Shown here: piece by piece, positions 7,539 to 12,704 of the stretch
Layout of the letters: each line of letters begins with the position of its first letter
Position numbering within the stretch: the stretch's first letter is position 1
Source: a virus
UHGV virus genome: UHGV-0239954
Length of the DNA stretch: 12,704 nucleotides
Direction: 5' to 3' (one strand)
The notes under the pieces: model-generated
Told to the model about the DNA's origin: nothing
Seen by the model: the letters and a program-made list of their open reading frames with translations, nothing else
Databases searched by the model: none
Translations under genes and position numbers: made by a program

Positions 7539-8098
7539 CACTTAGCCCCGAATCGCGTGTTAACATCTTCCAAAATATCGGGGTAGCTCCAGCGGTTACG
7601 CATCAGGCGCAGGACATGAGCAACAGCCTCAACAGAGATCCCAAGCTCTCCAGCGATCTCGGTTTGTTTCCAGCCGAAGCGCTCCAGCTTGTGCATCTGA
7701 TCGAGGTCGGCGCTCAACAGGCGGCGCATCGTCTGAGGTTTCTCAGGCTTCGCTTTAACAGCTTTCGGCATCGGGTGGGTGTGGGCGTTGCTAAAGCGGG
7801 AATGTGCGATAGCCAGCACAGTCTCAGGGCGAATCAGCATATCGCGGGCAATCATAAACTCTGTATCGCGGTGCAGCTTGCCGGGCTTATAGCGGCTGCG
7901 GATGGCGTTGTACTCCGCCAGAGTGATATCAGCATCGTCTTTCCAATTTTCGGCCAAGTCATCGACATAGACGCCACGGATTACAGCATCAATATCGGTC
8001 AGGGTATGACCTGTCTCCGCTGCAATCTCTTCATTGTTCTTTAGGTGCTTATGAGCCAGCGTGTTAATGCGCTGGATATCGGTAATGCTCAAAGTCAT
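7538..8098 (-). CDS. DNA-binding protein with C-terminal sigma-70 region 4 / LuxR-like HTH (regulator or small-terminase-like)
   Basis: ATG at 8098 in an ATGA overlap with the upstream gene. C-terminal RRLLSADLDQMHKLERFGWKQTEIAGELGISVEAVAHVLRL resembles sigma region 4 / GerE-type HTH. Confidence 0.6.
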   Translation of the reverse strand: MTLSITDIQRINTLAHKHLKNNEEIAAETGHTLTDIDAVIRGVYVDDLAENWKDDADITLAEYNAIRSRYKPGKLHRDTEFMIARDMLIRPETVLAIAHSRFSNAHTHPMPKAVKAKPEKPQTMRRLLSADLDQMHKLERFGWKQTEIAGELGISVEAVAHVLRLMRNRWSYPDILEDVNTRFGAK

Positions 8099-8271
8099 AC
8101 ATTAAACTCCGAATCAAAATTGATCTGGTCAGTAACCAGCGAATGAATCAGCGCAAGGCTGGATGCGGTATGTGTGCCCGACTTGCGGGCGTTGTCGTAC
8201 ATGAAGCGGGCTACACGTTGATATTTCTCCGGCAGCGTGGCGAACCATTGCCGGAACTGTTCGGGGGTCAT
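8095..8271 (-). CDS. Hypothetical small protein (58 aa), translationally coupled
   Basis: Not in the ORF track (under 60 aa). ATG at 8271 overlaps the stop of the upstream gene as ATGA, and its own stop overlaps the next start as ATGA. Sequence MTPEQFRQWFATLPEKYQRVARFMYDNARKSGTHTASSLALIHSLVTDQINFDSEFNV. Confidence 0.45.
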   Translation of the reverse strand: MTPEQFRQWFATLPEKYQRVARFMYDNARKSGTHTASSLALIHSLVTDQINFDSEFNV

Positions 8272-8477
8272 TGGTCGTCATCCTCCGGGAACACGTTGTT
8301 AAAGGTTGTATCAGGCGAGTCGGCGGCGTTCTGCTTGAGGAAGTTCACGCAGGATGACAACTCGGCAGCAGCCATGCGTGACTCTCCCGCCTCGTCCTCC
8401 TTAAGCCTGCGCGTCAACGCACCCAGCAGCAGGGTTTTTAGTTCCCATGCTCCGGCTTCAAATTCAGATTTCGTCAT
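8268..8477 (-). CDS. Hypothetical small acidic protein (69 aa)
   Basis: ATG at 8477 in an ATGA overlap with the upstream stop. Acidic C-terminus PEDDDQ. Confidence 0.5.
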   Translation of the reverse strand: MTKSEFEAGAWELKTLLLGALTRRLKEDEAGESRMAAAELSSCVNFLKQNAADSPDTTFNNVFPEDDDQ

Positions 8478-8905
8478 TGGTGGTTATCTCCAGTTAGTCC
8501 CATTGCACGCAAGTGTTGAATGACCTCGGCATGTACTGGTTTTGGTAAAAACAGGCGACGCTGCACGGATTGAAGTATCTCGTCGCGCGTCTTGTCGGCA
8601 GGGTGAACAGTCCCATTAAAGACCTCACGAGCCATGCGATAGGTCGGCCAAAGGCGAGCGCCATCCTCCCTGCGACGGAATCTATTCAGCACAGCGGCCA
8701 GACACTCCCACGGCTCACAGTTATTGAGCAGGCAATACCGCTGTAGCGGTGTCGTTGCCCGGCGCATGATGGCTTCACGATTAAGGGTCTGAATATGACG
8801 TTCGGCCAGTCCGTCGAATGAATAGCCGTTCAAAGCAAAGGCGAGCTGCGCATTAAGCAGGGCGTCAGAACGCCCCGCACGATGCAGTGCGGTTTCATCA
8901 GGCAT
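8474..8905 (-). CDS. Hypothetical protein (143 aa)
   Basis: ATG at 8905 with GGAG 9 nt upstream. Contains a Cys cluster CLLNNCEPWEC. No confident family. Confidence 0.55.
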   Translation of the reverse strand: MPDETALHRAGRSDALLNAQLAFALNGYSFDGLAERHIQTLNREAIMRRATTPLQRYCLLNNCEPWECLAAVLNRFRRREDGARLWPTYRMAREVFNGTVHPADKTRDEILQSVQRRLFLPKPVHAEVIQHLRAMGLTGDNHQ

Positions 8906-8948
8906 AAGGATTCTCCAGAAAGGAATTTAAACAGGCGAGCTGGTCAGC

Positions 8949-10838
8949 TCAGAGGAAGCGGGAGATGTAACCCCAATTGCAGTTTTCAGGGCGGTACAAC
9001 GCTGCCAGCTCATCAGGTACACCGGACGGCACCGGGGCAGAGTCGGCGTCATAGGTGATGGGGTCGCCATACAGAGCCAACGATGACCACAGCAGAAAAG
9101 CACGGGCAGGTTGACCGTCACGCCCGGCACGTCCGATCATCTGAACTAAATCGGGCAGGTCTTCGGGAACATAAGTGACAATTACGTTACGCACGCCAGA
9201 GATATCAGCCCCCAGCCCGAAGGCTTTAGTAGCAATCAGAACCGCGCCGGGCGTGCTGGCAAACCACGCAGCGTTAGCGTGACGCTGGTCGCGGCTCAGT
9301 CGCTCAACGTCAGAATGGTAAGGCCGGGCGCGGTCTCCCAGTTCGTTGAGATACGCATACAGCATCTTGATACTGTCCACCATCACCAGCGTCTTCTCAT
9401 CCAGCGGGAGGGCATCGACCAGACCAACGGCAGCCCGGCGCGTAGTTGCGCACTGCTGAACAGGAATAAGCTGGATGTTTTCACGGGCAGCACTGGCGCG
9501 GTAGGTGAGGAACTCGCCACGACAGCCAAGCTCTTTCATCAAGCCAGACTCATCACCTTTTCGCAGGGTCGCAGTAAACGCGCACCGCTGAGCATCCGGG
9601 AAGGCATTTTTCAGGGTGTGTTTCATTGCAGGGAAAGCGTCCCGGAACTCCCATTCATCAACGGTATGAACCTCGTCAATGATAAATCTGTCCACACCAG
9701 CGGCCATCAGCGCAGCCAGCACCTGATTGCCCGGCACCAGATGCTCAGGTGAAACTACGGCAACGTGGAAAGCGCCAGCAGCCAACCCCGCAAGCTGTTG
9801 CGCATTGCGTCGCCTCGGCAGCTTGTCGCCAAAGGCAACAGCGTGAACGCCAGTTTCTAGCAACTGCTGTAACACCTGCTGCTTGATGGTGTTTGTAGGC
9901 ACAACAATAACGGTCAGACCGTCATCAGAATCAGATTCAAATTGCAGGGCATAGGTGAATGCAGCCGTCTTTCCGTACCCGGTTGGCAGTACGGCCAATA
10001 CATCGCGGTCACGGGCAAATACGGCGGCAGCTACGTCCTGCTGGCCGGGTCTCCAGTCTCTGCCATCTAGCGGTGGTAACGGTACGAATGCCGGGCGGTC
10101 GCATTGCTCCAGCTCGCGGAACCTGTACGGCGCGGTAACCAGCGGCGGGATGGACGGCGGCAGGCCAGCACCCCCAACGTCACAATGCAGATTCAGCGTA
10201 TTGAATTTATCATCCGTGGGTTTCAGCTCACCGCACCACAACTGACGGAAAGCCGGGCAGTCACCCAGTCGCGTAAAGTCAGCATGGCGCATAGCTTCCA
10301 GCTTGCTCATGCCGCGACTGATACGACGCACGATCTTCTCATCGCAAATCAGAAACTCACGGCAGGCTTTGAGGAAGGCATTCTGCCCGGTTGTCGCTTC
10401 CGGGATGGAGTGCTCGCGCGGTTTAAGCGCAGCGTCATCAACGCGAACGCCGGGGAAATCTGGCGGCAGCGGCTCGGCGTACCGGGCAGGCTTTTTGTTT
10501 AGCCACATCTCCAGCTCAGCGCGGCGGCAGTGGATTGCATCGCCCGGCTGGATAATCTGGCGCAACCCGGCATCAGCGCGGCGGGAATGTCGCTTGCGGC
10601 CAATTCCATTCGCCTCTTTCCATTCACGGAACGACATAACTGAACCATCTGCATTGTAGAAATACTGCCCGGAAACGGTGTTAAGCGCTGCCTTCACTGG
10701 TCGCTGTTTAACAGGGCATAACTTGGAATGAGGTATAACGATCTTATCCGCAACCAGTTGCTGAGCATCCGCAGGCTCGGTGTTCAGCGGTTCGGCGTCA
10801 GCGGCCAGCGTAAGCAAGCGGTTTAAATTGGTTGGCAT
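8949..10838 (-). CDS. RecQ-family SF2 DNA helicase with ~275-aa N-terminal extension; putative replication protein of the element
   Basis: ATG at 10838 with GGAG upstream. Ordered helicase motifs match RecQ: RPGQQ...LPTGYGKTAAF (motifs 0/I), TVIVVPTNTIKQQV (Ia), FIIDEVH (II), FTATL (III), IATKAFGLGADISGVRNVIVTYVPEDLPDLVQMIGRAGRDG (V/VI). No RQC/HRDC region follows. The N-terminal part has no clear match apart from an excisionase-like AIHCRRAELEMWL segment. Confidence 0.88.
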   Translation of the reverse strand: MPTNLNRLLTLAADAEPLNTEPADAQQLVADKIVIPHSKLCPVKQRPVKAALNTVSGQYFYNADGSVMSFREWKEANGIGRKRHSRRADAGLRQIIQPGDAIHCRRAELEMWLNKKPARYAEPLPPDFPGVRVDDAALKPREHSIPEATTGQNAFLKACREFLICDEKIVRRISRGMSKLEAMRHADFTRLGDCPAFRQLWCGELKPTDDKFNTLNLHCDVGGAGLPPSIPPLVTAPYRFRELEQCDRPAFVPLPPLDGRDWRPGQQDVAAAVFARDRDVLAVLPTGYGKTAAFTYALQFESDSDDGLTVIVVPTNTIKQQVLQQLLETGVHAVAFGDKLPRRRNAQQLAGLAAGAFHVAVVSPEHLVPGNQVLAALMAAGVDRFIIDEVHTVDEWEFRDAFPAMKHTLKNAFPDAQRCAFTATLRKGDESGLMKELGCRGEFLTYRASAARENIQLIPVQQCATTRRAAVGLVDALPLDEKTLVMVDSIKMLYAYLNELGDRARPYHSDVERLSRDQRHANAAWFASTPGAVLIATKAFGLGADISGVRNVIVTYVPEDLPDLVQMIGRAGRDGQPARAFLLWSSLALYGDPITYDADSAPVPSGVPDELAALYRPENCNWGYISRFL

Positions 10839-10859
10839 GGTGCAAACTCCAGAGAAGGA

Positions 10860-11297
10860 TTAAATACTACGCGCCCAAGCTAAATCTTCGGGTGTCCGAC
10901 TTTCGATTAACGCTAACTGCCAGCGTAAGTAATCCTCATGTTCTTTGGTGTATCGGGGAATACCTATAGGATTTTTCACAGCGTCCGGGTTAGTCCTCGC
11001 GACTTCCCTGCAATCTCGGTCGAAAGCCCAGCGGGCAACTTCCACCGATTCGTAATCCGTAAATCGGTACGGCCTTGTGCGGGAACGTACACGCCAGACA
11101 ACTTGCCCTAATTCGTGGATGTATATGCCGCAAAGTTCATCCGGGCTTGGGTGATACAATGGCTCCCCATAATTCTGGCGCATGAACTTCACAAACTTTT
11201 GATTGCGGCGGGCACGCCGTGCTTTTTCGCGTCGCTCCTCGGCTTCATACTCTTTTTGAATGGCGGCACGGTCTACCGGGATAAGTGTTTTGCTCAT
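10860..11297 (-). CDS. Hypothetical protein (145 aa), first gene of the leftward operon
   Basis: ORF 10860-11474; preferred start is ATG at 11297 with GGAGA 9 nt upstream. The longer N-terminal extension would run through the iteron-like repeats. Basic N-terminal region (EERREKARRARRNQK); no family recognised. Confidence 0.55.
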   Translation of the reverse strand: MSKTLIPVDRAAIQKEYEAEERREKARRARRNQKFVKFMRQNYGEPLYHPSPDELCGIYIHELGQVVWRVRSRTRPYRFTDYESVEVARWAFDRDCREVARTNPDAVKNPIGIPRYTKEHEDYLRWQLALIESRTPEDLAWARSI

Positions 11298-11366
11298 ACA
11301 GTGATCTCCAGAAATTAATGTGAGTTTGGAACGGGGCGCAGGACGGAAGCGCCGGGAGTGTGGCAG

Positions 11367-11719
11367 TCTGTCCTCCTTAGTAGTTACCATCATTGCAATG
11401 GCGTCGGAGTTCTGTCTCTCTTTAGTAGTGATCTTCATCCAGTAATTTGGATTAAATGCAGACACGGCGGGCATTGCAGCGAGATGGAGAGTAGGCGGGC
11501 TTGCGGTTTCAGTCTGCCTTAGTACAAGTTTCTAGTGGTCGGTAGCCTTTCCCTTATTAGTAGCTCTCATTTATCCGGGGCTTGTCTTCCCACACAGTAG
11601 CCGTCTTCTAAAGCAACCACACCACAATCCACTACTGGCAAGGAGTTAGCAGACACGGTGATGTAGGCTACTCAAGTGTGGATTTGTAGGCGTTTTATAG
11701 TATCTGTCCTTCTTATTAG
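11367..11719. repeat. Iteron-like direct repeats (consensus about TCTGTCCTYCTTAGTAG), candidate origin or operator array
   Basis: Copies at 11367-11383, 11411-11428 and 11703-11719, with diverged copies at 11513-11525, 11546-11563 and 11581-11600. All are in the same orientation with irregular spacing, immediately upstream of the operon and next to an AT-rich tract (about 11725-11830). Confidence 0.5.
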
Positions 11720-11831
11720 ACACCTTTAAATTTCATTAATAAATACAGTTAGTTAAACGGTTATCTTTATTACTTATAAATTTCACAGATCAATAAATTA
11801 AAATTGATCGGAATTATCAGCTTTAATTTTC

Positions 11832-11851
11832 TTGACAGCTATTTGTATAAT
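11832..11851 (+). promoter_or_regulatory. Promoter-like hexamers TTGACA / TATAAT (non-canonical 8-bp spacing)
   Basis: TTGACA at 11832-11837 and TATAAT at 11846-11851 are perfect consensus hexamers but too close to act as one sigma70 promoter. Each could pair with a weaker partner. No plus-strand ORF follows. Confidence 0.2.
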
Positions 11852-12029
11852 GGTTTTAAGAAGTTGTATCGGAGTGAGCGACTGGCAGTGAGCGTAGCGA
11901 ACGATAAGCCAGTCGGCGAAGAACGAAGAGTATGAGATGACTTGTCATCGAATACGATGAGTGATTGAGCGGTACGAACGGAGATACGCTGTATAACAGT
12001 TAGAACAGTTAACAAGCTGATTAATGCTT

Positions 12030-12194
12030 TCAATGATTATCTGAATCAGTGTTATCAATTCCGAAATAACTCTTCCTCTCCTGTATTGATTCAATCATTT
12101 CTTTCATTTCAAGAATCACTACCAGCTCAGCTAATAACCGTCTCAGTTCAACATTTGAATCATTAGCACGACACTTATTTTCTGAGTATTCCAT
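12030..12194 (-). CDS. Hypothetical small protein (54 aa)
   Basis: Not in the ORF track (under 60 aa). ATG at 12194 preceded by GGGAG 8 nt upstream. Sequence MEYSENKCRANDSNVELRRLLAELVVILEMKEMIESIQERKSYFGIDNTDSDNH. Lies between the GC-rich structured region and the iteron region. Confidence 0.3.
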   Translation of the reverse strand: MEYSENKCRANDSNVELRRLLAELVVILEMKEMIESIQERKSYFGIDNTDSDNH

Positions 12195-12299
12195 ACGGTC
12201 AACTCCCTACGGTATAAGTCCATTCCAATCCGTTCACAGATTACATTGCTGAATGATCATCAGACAAGTGGCAGTCATCATCACCAAGTTAGAGTCGTC

Positions 12300-12600
12300 T
12301 CGCTACATATCCCCGCCGGATTGCCAGCGCGGCTAACACGGTTGTGAGGAGCGCCGAGCATCACAGCGGACGCAGGCCGATGAACGAGCCGTAGGTGAGT
12401 GAAAGCGGACTCGCGGACGCGAGAAGCGCAGCAGCAGGCGGCGACTGATAAACGAGCCAGACAGGTGAGTGCAAGCAGGCGTAAGCACTGCACCGTTGAG
12501 AGGTGTGGAGACGGCGGAACGTCTCCGCGTTAGGGAGGTGGATTTGGGGAGGATGTGCAAGGCACACCTCGCTCCACCCACGGGGTGTCGGTGGGTAGGG
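12300..12600. ncRNA. GC-rich structured non-coding region with paired direct repeats and hairpins (candidate regulatory RNA or leader)
   Basis: All three plus-strand frames contain stops; the minus-strand ORFs overlap in multiple frames and have R/S/P-rich translations. Two ~28-nt direct repeats (12369-12396 GATGAACGAGCCGTAGGTGAGTGAAAGC; 12437-12466 GATAAACGAGCCAGACAGGTGAGTGCAAGC). Perfect hairpin GGAGACG-GCGGAA-CGTCTCC at 12498-12517. Further stems at 12453-12483 and 12563-12587. Confidence 0.25.
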
Positions 12601-12704
12601 GTATAACGCTAATTGGTTAAGTGTACACATGTACGCTGAAATCATTAAAAGCCTATAGAAACAGCATGTAACCCAGCACCACGACATAACCAATTATCGT
12701 TGAA

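Larger units (their letters stand above)
1598..12704. mobile_element. Integrative element, phage satellite-like (integrase + helicase + capsid/scaffold module, no terminase large subunit/portal/tail in window); continues beyond right edge
   Basis: Bounded on the left by the tRNA 3'-end fragment with adjacent tyrosine integrase. GC content rises sharply compared with the left flank. Gene content is phage-derived but incomplete for a virion. No second copy of the att core occurs inside the window, so the other end lies outside it. Confidence 0.5.

Noticed and set aside
11298-11474. N-terminal extension of the 204-aa ORF (start at 11474)
   Set aside because: The extension runs through the iteron repeats and lacks an RBS; the internal ATG at 11297 has GGAGA at proper spacing.
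11367-11719. CRISPR array
   Set aside because: The repeats are about 17 bp, imperfect and irregularly spaced, with no regular spacer structure; they behave like iterons or operators.
11839-12033. 64-aa minus-strand ORF
   Set aside because: It starts with TTG immediately after a stop, has no SD, and overlaps the palindrome-rich non-coding region.
12498-12517. Intrinsic terminator at the perfect hairpin GGAGACG/CGTCTCC
   Set aside because: No T/U tract follows on either strand, so a rho-independent terminator is not supported; kept as part of the structured region.
12281-12693. Three overlapping minus-strand ORFs in the GC-rich region (12281-12493, 12333-12581, 12361-12693)
   Set aside because: They overlap one another in different frames, with Arg/Ser/Cys-rich translations; consistent with chance open frames in GC-rich non-coding DNA.

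Overview
The window crosses a junction between an AT-rich flank and a higher-GC integrative element that looks like a capsid-encoding phage satellite. The flank (1-1364, minus strand) encodes a partial secreted GH15-like glycoside hydrolase. The element starts at a 28-nt tRNA-Gly 3'-end fragment (1598-1625, an att-type partial repeat, not an intact tRNA) and runs past the right window edge. It carries a tyrosine integrase (1714-2940, +) convergent with one tightly packed minus-strand operon (11297 down to 2943). That operon encodes, in transcription order: a 145-aa protein, a RecQ-family helicase with a ~275-aa N-terminal extension, a run of small translationally coupled proteins including HTH regulators, an acidic Gln-rich scaffold-like protein, a Hin-like HTH protein, a T7 gp10-like major capsid protein, an HNH-AP2 endonuclease, two small unknowns and an endonuclease VII-like protein lacking the usual zinc-binding cysteines. 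Upstream of the operon are ~17-bp direct repeats (iteron-like), an AT-rich tract, palindromes and a GC-rich non-coding region with paired direct repeats and hairpins. No large terminase, portal, protease or tail genes are present in the window. All family assignments are from reading translated motifs by eye; no database search was run. Capsid and scaffold comparisons rest on recalled reference sequences.
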